From IMG/VR virus record IMGVR_UViG_3300009104_001210, positions 62,001 to 126,000 of that record: a stretch of 64,000 nucleotides of DNA; one strand, written 5' to 3'. The notes under the pieces were generated by a model, which was given only the letters and a program-made list of their open reading frames with translations, had not been told where the DNA came from and searched no databases. Positions within the stretch are counted from its first letter, which is position 1; each line of letters begins with the position of its first letter. This document shows, piece after piece, positions 27,334-37,154 of the stretch. The translations under genes and the position numbers were made by a program.

Positions 27334-27822
27334 ATGCCTGATATCCTCGACACTAATGAGATATTTTTTACGCCGTTTGAACCGAAAACGAAAAATCGGT
27401 ATATCATGTACATTGAAGGTATACCATCCTATTTAGTTAAGACGGCAGGAAGACCTCAAATACAATTTGAAGAATTGGTTTTAGATCATATTAATGTCAA
27501 AAGACATTTAAAAGGTAAAGGTACTTGGCAACCTGTAGACATTATGTTATATGATCCAATAGTTCCAAGTGGTGCGCAAGCAGTAATGGAATGGGTTAGG
27601 TTGTCTCATGAATCTGTAACAGGCCGTGATGGTTATGCAGATTTTTATAAGAAAGATGTAACTTTTAATATGTTAGGTCCAGTAGGAGATATTGTTGAGG
27701 AGTGGACTTTAAAGGGCGCTTTTATATCAACCGCAAATTTTGGTGAAGTTGGATTCGCAGAAAATGATCCAGCAGAAATTACATTAACTTTGCAGTATGA
27801 TTACGCAGTCTTACAATTCTAA
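27334..27822 (+). CDS. gp19: Tail tube protein (gp19-like)
   Basis: FEPKTKNRY...LYDPIVPSGAQAVMEWVR...LGPVGDIVEEWTLKGAF; start set at ATG 27334 (SD AGGAG) rather than the ORF-track start 27283. Confidence 0.88.
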   Translation: MPDILDTNEIFFTPFEPKTKNRYIMYIEGIPSYLVKTAGRPQIQFEELVLDHINVKRHLKGKGTWQPVDIMLYDPIVPSGAQAVMEWVRLSHESVTGRDGYADFYKKDVTFNMLGPVGDIVEEWTLKGAFISTANFGEVGFAENDPAEITLTLQYDYAVLQF

Positions 27823-27840
27823 TTTAAACGGAGAATAAAA

Positions 27841-27993
27841 ATGAGCGAATGGCTAGCAGCAAATTGGGAATGGGTACTTTTGGGATTCTACACAGTAGAA
27901 AAAATCGTGCGTCTTTCCCCGTCTAAAAAGGACGACGTCATTTTCGATATGGTACTAAAACCAATATGGGATGCAGTATCTAAGAAAAAGTAA
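27841..27993 (+). CDS. Small membrane protein, 50 aa (possibly holin-like)
   Basis: MSEWLAANWEWVLLGFYTVEKIVRLSPSKKDDVIFDMVLKPIWDAVSKKK; SD CGGAG; not in the ORF track. Confidence 0.7.
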   Translation: MSEWLAANWEWVLLGFYTVEKIVRLSPSKKDDVIFDMVLKPIWDAVSKKK

Positions 27994-28043
27994 TCTTATA
28001 GGGTTATAAAATTTTAAAAAACATTCAAATTACGGAGTAAAAT

Positions 28044-28802
28044 ATGAGTGAAGTTACATTTCCTACGGAAGAGGTTAATCTTCCATCTAAGGGTTTGTAC
28101 TATGACAAATCCAACCCATTATCAAGTGGTAAAGTAGAAATAAAATATATGACAGCTAAAGAGGAAGATATTCTTACCTCAATAAACCTTATTCGTAAGG
28201 GAACTGTTATAGATAAAGTTCTTGAAGCTTTGATAGTTGATAAAAAAATCAAAATAGATGATTTATTGGTTGGGGATAAAAATGGTTTAGTCATAGCTAC
28301 TAGAATTCTTGCTTACGGTAAAAATTACGAAATTCAGGCATTTTGTGATGATTGTCAAGAAGTAAGTCAATTAGTAGTTGATTGTACAAAACTTTCCGAT
28401 AAGGAAATATCAACTAAAACAAAAGAAAATAAGTTCTCTATGGAACTTCCAAGAACAAAAGTTAGAATAGAATTCAAACTTTTAACTAGTGGTGAAGAGA
28501 AGTTGGTTGAAAAAGATGTAGTGGCTATGCAAAAAGCACAACCTGACCATGATTATACTAACACTTTCAGATTCAAACGAATGATTACTTCAGTAGATGG
28601 AGACACTAAACAAACGGTTATTAACGATTTTGTTGATAATAGATTTTTAGCACAAGATTCGTTGGCATTTAGAAAGCATTTACAAGACGTAACTCCTGAT
28701 GTAAATATGGGTTATCCTTTTGAATGTGTTAAATGTGATCATGAACAGGAGGTAACGGTGCCATTGGGCACCACGTTTCTTTGGCCTGACACATCTCAAT
28801 AG
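28044..28802 (+). CDS. Baseplate hub / tail assembly chaperone (T4 gp26-like)
   Basis: LPSKGLYY, MTAKEEDIL, LLVGDKNG, CxxC pairs, ends FLWPD; lies between tube and tape measure. Confidence 0.75.
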   Translation: MSEVTFPTEEVNLPSKGLYYDKSNPLSSGKVEIKYMTAKEEDILTSINLIRKGTVIDKVLEALIVDKKIKIDDLLVGDKNGLVIATRILAYGKNYEIQAFCDDCQEVSQLVVDCTKLSDKEISTKTKENKFSMELPRTKVRIEFKLLTSGEEKLVEKDVVAMQKAQPDHDYTNTFRFKRMITSVDGDTKQTVINDFVDNRFLAQDSLAFRKHLQDVTPDVNMGYPFECVKCDHEQEVTVPLGTTFLWPDTSQ

Positions 28803-28995
28803 ACTTCAAGTACACGAAGAAATATTTAATCTTTTAAATTACGGTAATGGTGGTTACACTTTTAACGAAGTGTATAATATGCCTATATATCTAAGAAGGT
28901 TTTATCTAAAAAGACTCAATAAGGAATATAAAGATATTGCAGCTGAAAGAGATAAAGCTAATAGAAAGTCTCAACAAGTCTTGAAAAAGAAATAA
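28783..28995 (+). CDS. +1-frame ORF, probable C-terminal extension of the chaperone via frameshift
   Basis: GLTHLNRLQVHEEIFNLLNYGNGGYTFNEVYNMPIYLRRFYLKRLNKEY...KKK; frame open from 28756; first GTG/ATG only at 28870/28879; overlaps TTT CTT TGG in the upstream gene. Confidence 0.65.
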   Translation, partial: GLTHLNRLQVHEEIFNLLNYGNGGYTFNEVYNMPIYLRRFYLKRLNKEYKDIAAERDKANRKSQQVLKKK

Positions 28996-29061
28996 AATCT
29001 TATATTTCGATATTTATTATTGACACAATCCTGTAACTAAAATTCAATTCGGAGTTAAACA

Positions 29062-29292
29062 ATGTCAAAGAAGATAAATGAAGGTATTGTTGATAAGGTT
29101 TTTGGTAAAGTCATAAATCTTGTTATGAAAGGGCAATCTAGAAAAGCTATGAATGCCTTCAAAAAAGATAAAAAACTACAGAGAGATATAAAAGCCGCTG
29201 CTGATGCGCAAGATACTCTGAAGAAAAGTATTGAAAAATTAAGAAAAGACCCCGAATTCGAAAAGGAATATCAAAAGAGTTTAAAATTATAA
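29062..29292 (+). CDS. Hypothetical protein
   Basis: 76 aa; SD CGGAG; MSKKINE leader. Confidence 0.65.
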   Translation: MSKKINEGIVDKVFGKVINLVMKGQSRKAMNAFKKDKKLQRDIKAAADAQDTLKKSIEKLRKDPEFEKEYQKSLKL

Positions 29293-29304
29293 AAAGGGTA
29301 ATGC

Positions 29305-30951
29305 ATGCCAACTAAACGGGAACAACAGCAGTTAAATGATGCGTTAAACCAAACTAAAGAACTAATATCATCTATCAATAAATCAGTAGGTGAGATGGAT
29401 GGTGGATTTTCGGATATTGGTGGATCAATAAAAAAGAACGCTAGTGCTTTGAATGCGTTTTTGAAAGTTTCTGCTAAAAATAATGAAGTAACAAAAGCAA
29501 CAGTAAAAACTGGTAATCTTATAGCGGAAGCATATGATGATGTTGCTGAAAATCTTGAAGATGTTCTTAAAGGTAATAAACAATTTAAAGTAAGTTCAAA
29601 ACAAATTGGTGATTTAATAAATGGTAGTATAAAGGGTGGAGCTTCAAAAAATGCTGAACATATGAGAGAACAAGCAGAAAATGTTCAGAAAATGTTGAAG
29701 GTGTTTGAAAATCCAAAATTCCAAACAGCTTTTTCAGGAATAGAAAAGGGTGCAGATAGGTTAACAGGTTTTATTAATAAACTCCCAGGTGGTCAAACGA
29801 TGTCAAAAGCCTTTGGAGTAGATAAACAAATAGCTGCTAATACTAAGCAAATGCAAGGAAATATGTTGAAATTTGCTAAAAGTGGAAAAGTATCGGCTAA
29901 GGGTATAGGTGGTTTACTTAAAGGTACTAAGTTTCTTAAAATTGGAGTTCTTGGTGCAGCATTAGCGATGATATCTTTTGGATTAGAAGCTAATAAAACA
30001 CAAAAAGCATTAGGTGGAACTTATACACAGGCAGCAAAGGTACTTGCTACGTCTAAAGCAATAGCTGCAGCAAATAAACTTAACGGTATGACTCAAGAAG
30101 AATCAATGGATTTGATGATGGGTATTAATCGTGAGTTTGGTAATATGGATAAAGCTGCTTTAGGTGTAACTATGAAAGCAAGTAATTTAACTGCCAATTT
30201 TGGTTTGAGTGCAGGAAATGTTGGTAAGTTAGCTAGACAGATGCAGGCAGTTGGTTCTACAAGTTTAGAAGCATCTATAAATACTATAGAAATGGGTGGA
30301 GAGTTAGCAAGAGCAGCAAATGTTCCTGTAGCTGACGTGATGAATGATGTTGCACAGAATACAGAATTTTTCGCTAGATTTGCTAAAGATGGTGGAGTTA
30401 ATATAATAGCAGCAGGAATAGCAGCTAAGAAATTAGGTTTGGAAATGGCTAATCTTGCTTCTATAGCAGATAGTTTATTAGACTTCGAAAGCTCAATAAC
30501 TAAACAAATGGAAGCTGAGGTTTTATTAGGTAAAGAATTAAATCTTGAAAAAGCAAGAGAGATGGTATTCAATAATGACATAGCAGGAGCTATGGCAGAA
30601 GTATCAAAGTTAGTTTCTCCTGAAGAATTTCAAAAGATGGATGCAGTTAGAAGAAGTACATTAGCAGGTGCCGTAGGTTTAGATGCAGCAACTTTTGCAA
30701 AAGCTATTAGTGGTGATACGACAGGAGTAGGAGATGCAGTTATTGCACCAGGAGGAAAAGTTATTTCAACATCACCACAAGATTATTTAATAGCAACTAC
30801 AAATCCAGGAACATTAGGTGGTGGAATGGATACTTCAAAACTTGAAGGTTTGATGGCACAAGTAGCAGCGTCTGTAGATGGACTTAGAAATGATACAGTA
30901 GACGGAACTTATCAAACTAAAATAGCAATAGAAAGACAAGGAATAGCATAA
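29305..30951 (+). CDS. Tape measure protein
   Basis: Ala/Gly/Lys-rich helical; SLLDFESSITKQMEAEVLLGKELNLEKAR motif; downstream of tube and chaperone. Confidence 0.75.
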   Translation: MPTKREQQQLNDALNQTKELISSINKSVGEMDGGFSDIGGSIKKNASALNAFLKVSAKNNEVTKATVKTGNLIAEAYDDVAENLEDVLKGNKQFKVSSKQIGDLINGSIKGGASKNAEHMREQAENVQKMLKVFENPKFQTAFSGIEKGADRLTGFINKLPGGQTMSKAFGVDKQIAANTKQMQGNMLKFAKSGKVSAKGIGGLLKGTKFLKIGVLGAALAMISFGLEANKTQKALGGTYTQAAKVLATSKAIAAANKLNGMTQEESMDLMMGINREFGNMDKAALGVTMKASNLTANFGLSAGNVGKLARQMQAVGSTSLEASINTIEMGGELARAANVPVADVMNDVAQNTEFFARFAKDGGVNIIAAGIAAKKLGLEMANLASIADSLLDFESSITKQMEAEVLLGKELNLEKAREMVFNNDIAGAMAEVSKLVSPEEFQKMDAVRRSTLAGAVGLDAATFAKAISGDTTGVGDAVIAPGGKVISTSPQDYLIATTNPGTLGGGMDTSKLEGLMAQVAASVDGLRNDTVDGTYQTKIAIERQGIA

Positions 30952-33900
30952 TGGCATTAGTAGATATGAAATCAAATTTAGCTATTGGTGTTGGTTCAAA
31001 AGAATCACCTCAATCTTTTGCTGATGGTCATTCAGCGTATACTGTTACGGGACAAAGAAAATTTGAAACTGCAATAAGACATGATGTTGAAAAAGATGTA
31101 TTTACTTCTTATAATCGTAAAGGTGATGAATTAAAATGGATGTTTAATGATGCTTTTTCAGGACAAGGTAGTATGTTAGTTCAAGCAAAAGAGTTTGACT
31201 TACGTGCATATTATGATAGAGCACTTAAAAATACAGATGTTTTAGGTGCAAGAAATAATAATAGATTAGGTTTTGACGAACCATTTATTCTTAAACCAAT
31301 TGGTGATAGATGGGGACCTGATACTTGGTCTGTAGATGAAGGAATGGTTAGAGCAGGTATACTTACACAATCAGCAAGAACTGTAGCCGATGTTCAAAGA
31401 ATAGGTAAGTTTTTATTGACACCAAGAGGTGTTGGTTTTATAGCGAAACAAGAGGTTTTACAAATGCTGAATGCAGGTGGTTCAGTTTCAATGTCTACAT
31501 TAAAAAGTAGAATAAATCAAGCATTAGGAAAAGATGTTTTAAGACAAGATTCAGTACCACAAAGATTTTCAGCAGGTAGAGATATATTTAAGAGTTCTTT
31601 TGCTAAAGTTGATGCAAAAACTGGTCATTATATGGGTGGTGGTCCAACCGTACAAAATTGGGAAGGTAGTGATATTAGAACTTGGAGAGGGCCAGAATCT
31701 ATTATAGCATCACTTCCTATAGGAGCACATTTTGTAAGGCATAAAACACCAGTAGGATCTCCTACTATTAAATTAATTAACAATGTTGGTAACTTTATTG
31801 TTGATGCAGGTGGTGGAGTATTATCTTTATTGGATGGTATTCAAGTTGCTTGGCCTCATATTAGTATGAATCCAGATTTTAGAGCAGGTAGTTTACTAAC
31901 AGGATTAGGTAATATAGCAGCAAATGTTGGTAGAGGTATGGGTGATATCTTTCCTAATATTTTTGAGAATGCTAAAACAGGGGTAGGAAATATTGCTGAT
32001 GCATTAGGTAACGCATTTTCAAATGTAACTTTACCAAAAGTAAGTTTGGGTAGGGTTTCTGATTCACTATCAGGATTATTTCCAGGATTAATAGGTGTAC
32101 AAGGAATAGGAACTCCTGATTTTAGTGGAATGATGAGTTTGTTGGGTGGATTATCAAATAAATTAGGTAATTTAGTAAGTAGTCTACCTATACCAAGTAT
32201 AAGTTTACCGCCATTACCAAGTTTACCATCTTTACCAAAAATAGATTTACCAGATTTAGGGAATCCATTTTCAGGTATATCAAGTTTTGTAAGTGGGATT
32301 AAATTACCAGGAATAAAATTTTCAGGAAGAGGTGGATTAGGATTAGGTAGTTTAAAAGGAGTATTACCTGCTATTAATTTTGGATTAAAAATTAAAGGTG
32401 GTAATTTAGGATTTGATTTATCTGCTTTTGATGATTTTAAATTTGGTTTTAATAAAGGATTAAAAGGATTAATTGATTTACCTGGATTTGATCTTAATAT
32501 GGTAACAGCAAGAGGAATTCCACAACCAGGCGTACCTCTTTATGCAAGAAAAGGAGCATCAGGTCGTTATGGTGAAGATATAGCAAGTTTGAAAGAAGGT
32601 GTAGGTGGATCTCAACATTTAAATAGAGACGAAATAGAAGCTTATGGAGTACCAAAGTTATGGTATACAACTGCAAAAGATATTGGAGACAATAGAGGTT
32701 CATTAGCAAATCTTTATGATGCGGATTTTCCATATACAAAATTGATATTAGGTAAAACAACTAAATCCGTATTATGGACTTTTGGCATTGGCTTTTCAGA
32801 CAAGATAAAGACAGACAATAAAATAACTGGAATACCATATGCAATAGGTGCTGGGTTTGCTGGTGGTAGGTTGGATCCAATAAATACCCCCAACTTTCCA
32901 TTAAATCAGACAAAAGTATATAGGGATATTATTACACCCGAATTTCCTACAAATGTTCAAGATTCAAGTGGAACTAAAAATAAGATACAAAAATATGAAA
33001 TGTTATCTTATGGACAATTAGGTGGTGAAGCAGAGGGTTATGGTAAGAAGAATGAAAAAAATTCCGCTGATATTACAAGAGGAATAGGTTCTTATGGTAA
33101 AGCTGCTAGATTTATTCCAGCACCGGCAAAGGATGGAAAACCTCTTACTGATGTAGTGGCATCTGATGGTACAGGTGTATATAAAACAACGTTACAAGAT
33201 ACAATAAATTTACATCCATATGGTGGTTCAATTGCTTCTCAACACGTTAATAATGAAAATAGCGACTTTGTTCCATTTAAGTTTAGAGATATGGTAAATG
33301 GTAAGTGGATTATATTTAGAGCAATTATTGAGAGTGTTTCAGATACTTCATCCCCACAATTTGCAGAAGAAAGATACATTGGTAGACCAGATAAAGTTTA
33401 TACATATCAAGGTTCTGATAGAAATGTTAATATTACTTTTAAAGTTATGCCAAAATCTGCACAAGAATTAGTTACTCTTTGGGAAAAGTTAAATTATTTG
33501 AGAGGATTAACTTATCCTACAGTAAAAAATAATCGTATGATAGCACCATTTTTTAGTTTGACATTAGGTGATATGTTTGATAGTCAACCAATGATATTTC
33601 AGAGTTTAAATTTTAGTATTGATCAATCATCTTTATGGGAAATTAGACCAGGTTTAAGATTACCAAAATTAATACAATGTTCTGCAGATATGAGAATAAT
33701 TGAGAAAACTTTACCAACTTCTATAGGTAAACATTATGATTTAGATTGGTTACATGATGGACAGAATACAATTGGTGGAGATCCAATGACTGATCCTACT
33801 TTAGTAGAACCCGATAGAAAAAAATATATAGATTTATGGAAAGAGTTGGGAATGAATGGAATGAGTGGTGAAGTTATGGATAATTTAATGGCAGCAGCAG

Positions 33901-34010
33901 AAACGGTAGAGGCTTTACAAGAAGCGATAGATGCTGCTAAAAGTGTAGATGCTGGTATTGGCGCAGGAGCTTTGGATGCACCAAATATAAATTTTAGTAT
34001 CAGTAAGTAG
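30951..34010 (+). CDS. Baseplate protein with C-terminal tube-like domain
   Basis: C-terminal FRAIIESVSD...YIGRPDKVYTYQGSDRNVNITFKV resembles baseplate tube-initiator domains; central low-complexity L/P/G region. Confidence 0.6.
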   Translation: MALVDMKSNLAIGVGSKESPQSFADGHSAYTVTGQRKFETAIRHDVEKDVFTSYNRKGDELKWMFNDAFSGQGSMLVQAKEFDLRAYYDRALKNTDVLGARNNNRLGFDEPFILKPIGDRWGPDTWSVDEGMVRAGILTQSARTVADVQRIGKFLLTPRGVGFIAKQEVLQMLNAGGSVSMSTLKSRINQALGKDVLRQDSVPQRFSAGRDIFKSSFAKVDAKTGHYMGGGPTVQNWEGSDIRTWRGPESIIASLPIGAHFVRHKTPVGSPTIKLINNVGNFIVDAGGGVLSLLDGIQVAWPHISMNPDFRAGSLLTGLGNIAANVGRGMGDIFPNIFENAKTGVGNIADALGNAFSNVTLPKVSLGRVSDSLSGLFPGLIGVQGIGTPDFSGMMSLLGGLSNKLGNLVSSLPIPSISLPPLPSLPSLPKIDLPDLGNPFSGISSFVSGIKLPGIKFSGRGGLGLGSLKGVLPAINFGLKIKGGNLGFDLSAFDDFKFGFNKGLKGLIDLPGFDLNMVTARGIPQPGVPLYARKGASGRYGEDIASLKEGVGGSQHLNRDEIEAYGVPKLWYTTAKDIGDNRGSLANLYDADFPYTKLILGKTTKSVLWTFGIGFSDKIKTDNKITGIPYAIGAGFAGGRLDPINTPNFPLNQTKVYRDIITPEFPTNVQDSSGTKNKIQKYEMLSYGQLGGEAEGYGKKNEKNSADITRGIGSYGKAARFIPAPAKDGKPLTDVVASDGTGVYKTTLQDTINLHPYGGSIASQHVNNENSDFVPFKFRDMVNGKWIIFRAIIESVSDTSSPQFAEERYIGRPDKVYTYQGSDRNVNITFKVMPKSAQELVTLWEKLNYLRGLTYPTVKNNRMIAPFFSLTLGDMFDSQPMIFQSLNFSIDQSSLWEIRPGLRLPKLIQCSADMRIIEKTLPTSIGKHYDLDWLHDGQNTIGGDPMTDPTLVEPDRKKYIDLWKELGMNGMSGEVMDNLMAAAETVEALQEAIDAAKSVDAGIGAGALDAPNINFSISK

Positions 34011-34019
34011 GAATATAAT

Positions 34020-34316
34020 ATGAATAGATATGAAAATATAAGAGTGAAGATTAATAAACAAGGTAAAAGAGTTCGTGTATCAACTTTATATCCACAAATT
34101 CCTATATCCGATGAGGATAAATTTATATATCCAAAGTATGGTGAACGATTAGATTTAATTGCACATAGACAATACAAAGATTCTACTTTGTGGTGGGTTA
34201 TAGCAAAAGCAAATGGTTTAGGTAAAGGTAGAACAACTTTAAATCCAAATTTTCAAATAAGAATACCTGGTAATATAGAAAAAATAATTGCTGACTATAA
34301 TGCATTGAATAGGTAA
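34020..34316 (+). CDS. LysM-like baseplate wedge protein (gp53/tail X-like)
   Basis: GERLDLIAHRQYKDSTLWWVIAKAN...QIRIP. Confidence 0.8.
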   Translation: MNRYENIRVKINKQGKRVRVSTLYPQIPISDEDKFIYPKYGERLDLIAHRQYKDSTLWWVIAKANGLGKGRTTLNPNFQIRIPGNIEKIIADYNALNR

Positions 34317-34319
34317 GTT

Positions 34320-37154
34320 ATGATTCAGTTAAAACCAATTGATTCAGAAGTTCAAAAAACTTTATTAGAAAAAATAAAAATGTCTGGTAAACAAGGTAAG
34401 GCTGTAACCGAACCATTATCAGGTGAAAAGTCTGATTATCTATCAGCAAGAACCGTTTGGGCAAGAATGATTGCACTTAGTACTTCTACAAATAATCCAA
34501 GAACACCAATAGTAATTTCAGCAGGAGAAGAATCTGTAGAACCAATAGAATCTACAACTGATCCTATAACTGGCGGAACTGCACAATTTTCTCCAATTAA
34601 AGGTAGAATTCGTGGAACTTTTGATGAAGTTTATGATAGAACAAATTTACATAGACCAATAGCTGGTTTAAAAAGTATATCTACAGGTATTGAAGGTGCA
34701 TATAAAGCAGTAAGAAAAGCTGATATAAGATGGATATGTTGGGATTTTGATACATTAGAAAGGTTGACACCATTCTTTTTATCACCTGGAGTATCAGTAG
34801 CATTAGAGTTTGGTTGGATGTGGCCAGGTCACATACCACAAGAATTTATTTATGATAATTGGGCTGAAATGGATGCAAGAAAAATAGGTTCTTTAAGTGA
34901 TGTTGTTAGAAAACAAGGTCAAGGACACCAAGATATGGTGTATGGAATTGTTAAAAACTTTTCGTGGACAGGAAGAGATGATGGTGGATTTGATTGTTCT
35001 ACTCAAATAATATCACCATCTATGAATGTTTTTAGTACACCATTGGGAGATTCAGAAAAAGCACCAACTTTTGAAATTCCAGAAGACTTAAAAAATCAAA
35101 TAAGAGGTAAAAGAGAATGGTATCGGTCACGTAAAGGTGAACAAGAAGTAATTTTAAGTGATGAAGACATGATGGCAAGACTTAAAGAAGTAGGGCTTGG
35201 GGGCGATGAAGACAATAGTTATATAGAAAATGTTCCACCAAGATTATTATTTGATAATTTTAAACAAATGTTATTAGATCTTAGGTATGGTGATCAAATG
35301 GAATCTTATATAAATACTATTATATGTTATAAAACTGATCTTAATGTTTCTAAACCACATATAGGACCATATGTTTCTTATGGTTGGTTTGAAGATAATA
35401 TTTTAAATACGTGTGTTGGAAAAGTTGTTGATGGAGATAAATTAAGTTATTCTGTACGATCAGTAGATTTTTTTACTGAAAAGGGTGATGGAGAAAAATG
35501 GTATAGAAGTACTACGATAAGTAATGATACAACAAGTCTTATTACTATAGATGCAGAAAAAGTTATTATTCCAGGACAGTTTCCATATTCAACAAATTTT
35601 GAGAAAGAACTTAATAGAATGGAAGGTAAAGATGAAGGTAAGGATCGTAAAGATAAAGACTACGAATTTGAAACTCATTGGAAACGAAAAGTATGGAAAA
35701 AAATAGAAGAAAAGGTAAGGGAACTACCAGCATTTGCAGTAAAAGCGGAAGGTGAAGAAAAAGATGAAGATACTTTCGAAAGTTTTTCAGAAAGAGGGAA
35801 AAAATTACTTAAAGCAACTAAAGGTGAGGATAAAGATGGAGATTTTAAATATGGTAAAGAAAAGGGATATTTAAGAAATTTACTTATTCACGCAGATTTA
35901 ATTAGTGAATCTATGAAAACTAGCAATACCTTTGAAGGTGGATTAAAAAATTTATTAGCTAATATAAGTGATGCTTGTGGTGGAATTTGGGATTTTGAGT
36001 TAGCAACTAGCGAAGACGGTAGTACGGTTAGGGTTATAGAAAAAGGTTCGCCAGAAAAACCTGTAAGAGCTTTACTTGATAATCAGAGTATAAATTTGGA
36101 AACAGGTAATGTTAAAGATAAATATAATAATAAAGGTTTAATGATATTTCCAACTTGGCAAACTAATTCTATAGTATTTAATCAAAATATGGTTACTAAA
36201 TTACCATCACAGATGGCAACAGTAGCAATGTATGGAAGAAATTTATCTGCTAAAGAAGCTTCGAATGAAGAAATGTCAGGAGATAAAGCAGCAAGGACTT
36301 TAGGAAAGTTATTTAATTCTAAATTAAATAATGTAGAAGATGTTATTAATAAAAATATTGAGAGAATTTTAGGAAATACTGAAATTAATAAGTTTGGATT
36401 AAATGAACTAAGTGGGTATCATGGTCTGACAAAAGAAATAGATGTGTCAGCCGAAAAAGGAATAGTAATAGATGCAGCAGAAATTATCAAACAATATACA
36501 GAAAAACAAATTATGGATATTTTAAATGATGGTATTGATTATGATAAAGAAAAAGACCCAACCGTTGAAGGAAAAAGAGAAAAAGACTCAACAGCATTAG
36601 ATTATACATTTTTATATGATAGAAATGGTAAAATAAGAAAACATTATAAAGATGCTTTATTACATTTTTTACATCAAAGCCCAGGTTCTATAAAACAAAC
36701 AGAAGATATTTTAACACCAATTGAGTTTGAAGTAACTATTGACGGTACAGGAGGAATTTTTCCAGGAGAGGCATTTTCAAGTACATATATTCCAAAAAGA
36801 TATAGAGATGCAACAGTTTTTCAAATTATGGATATAAATCACAGAGTAGATGGTAGTGGTTGGAAAACTACATTAAGAGGTTTAATGAGAATTGATTATG
36901 GTTTGGGGGAAAAAAAACCAATGAGTGAAATGCTTGAAGAAATATATGCAGATAAAAAGGGTGATTCAAAAGCACCACCATATTTATCATTTGCGGAATA
37001 TTTAACAGCTAATGTAGGAAAGATATCTAAATATAAGATAACTCCTGAAAAACAAAAAGAAATTGATGCATCAGAGCAGTCTGATCAACCTGAACCTTCC
37101 CCTGGCCTCAACAAAAATAACAGACCTATGGGCGGTGGTGGCAGGAACGTTTAA
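34320..37154 (+). CDS. Baseplate hub-like protein
   Basis: 944 aa; GIVKNFSWT..DGGFDCST and C-terminal EVTIDGTGGIFPGEAF...FQIMDINHRVDGSGWKTTL motifs. Confidence 0.6.
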   Translation: MIQLKPIDSEVQKTLLEKIKMSGKQGKAVTEPLSGEKSDYLSARTVWARMIALSTSTNNPRTPIVISAGEESVEPIESTTDPITGGTAQFSPIKGRIRGTFDEVYDRTNLHRPIAGLKSISTGIEGAYKAVRKADIRWICWDFDTLERLTPFFLSPGVSVALEFGWMWPGHIPQEFIYDNWAEMDARKIGSLSDVVRKQGQGHQDMVYGIVKNFSWTGRDDGGFDCSTQIISPSMNVFSTPLGDSEKAPTFEIPEDLKNQIRGKREWYRSRKGEQEVILSDEDMMARLKEVGLGGDEDNSYIENVPPRLLFDNFKQMLLDLRYGDQMESYINTIICYKTDLNVSKPHIGPYVSYGWFEDNILNTCVGKVVDGDKLSYSVRSVDFFTEKGDGEKWYRSTTISNDTTSLITIDAEKVIIPGQFPYSTNFEKELNRMEGKDEGKDRKDKDYEFETHWKRKVWKKIEEKVRELPAFAVKAEGEEKDEDTFESFSERGKKLLKATKGEDKDGDFKYGKEKGYLRNLLIHADLISESMKTSNTFEGGLKNLLANISDACGGIWDFELATSEDGSTVRVIEKGSPEKPVRALLDNQSINLETGNVKDKYNNKGLMIFPTWQTNSIVFNQNMVTKLPSQMATVAMYGRNLSAKEASNEEMSGDKAARTLGKLFNSKLNNVEDVINKNIERILGNTEINKFGLNELSGYHGLTKEIDVSAEKGIVIDAAEIIKQYTEKQIMDILNDGIDYDKEKDPTVEGKREKDSTALDYTFLYDRNGKIRKHYKDALLHFLHQSPGSIKQTEDILTPIEFEVTIDGTGGIFPGEAFSSTYIPKRYRDATVFQIMDINHRVDGSGWKTTLRGLMRIDYGLGEKKPMSEMLEEIYADKKGDSKAPPYLSFAEYLTANVGKISKYKITPEKQKEIDASEQSDQPEPSPGLNKNNRPMGGGGRNV

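Noticed and set aside
14009-30581. Long minus-strand ORFs opposite fibre, sheath and tape-measure genes (e.g. 17117-17779, 19458-19877, 23004-23330, 30093-30581)
   Set aside because: They mirror the codon bias of Gly/Ala/Thr/Ser-rich sense genes, have no recognisable motifs, and all credible genes are on the + strand.
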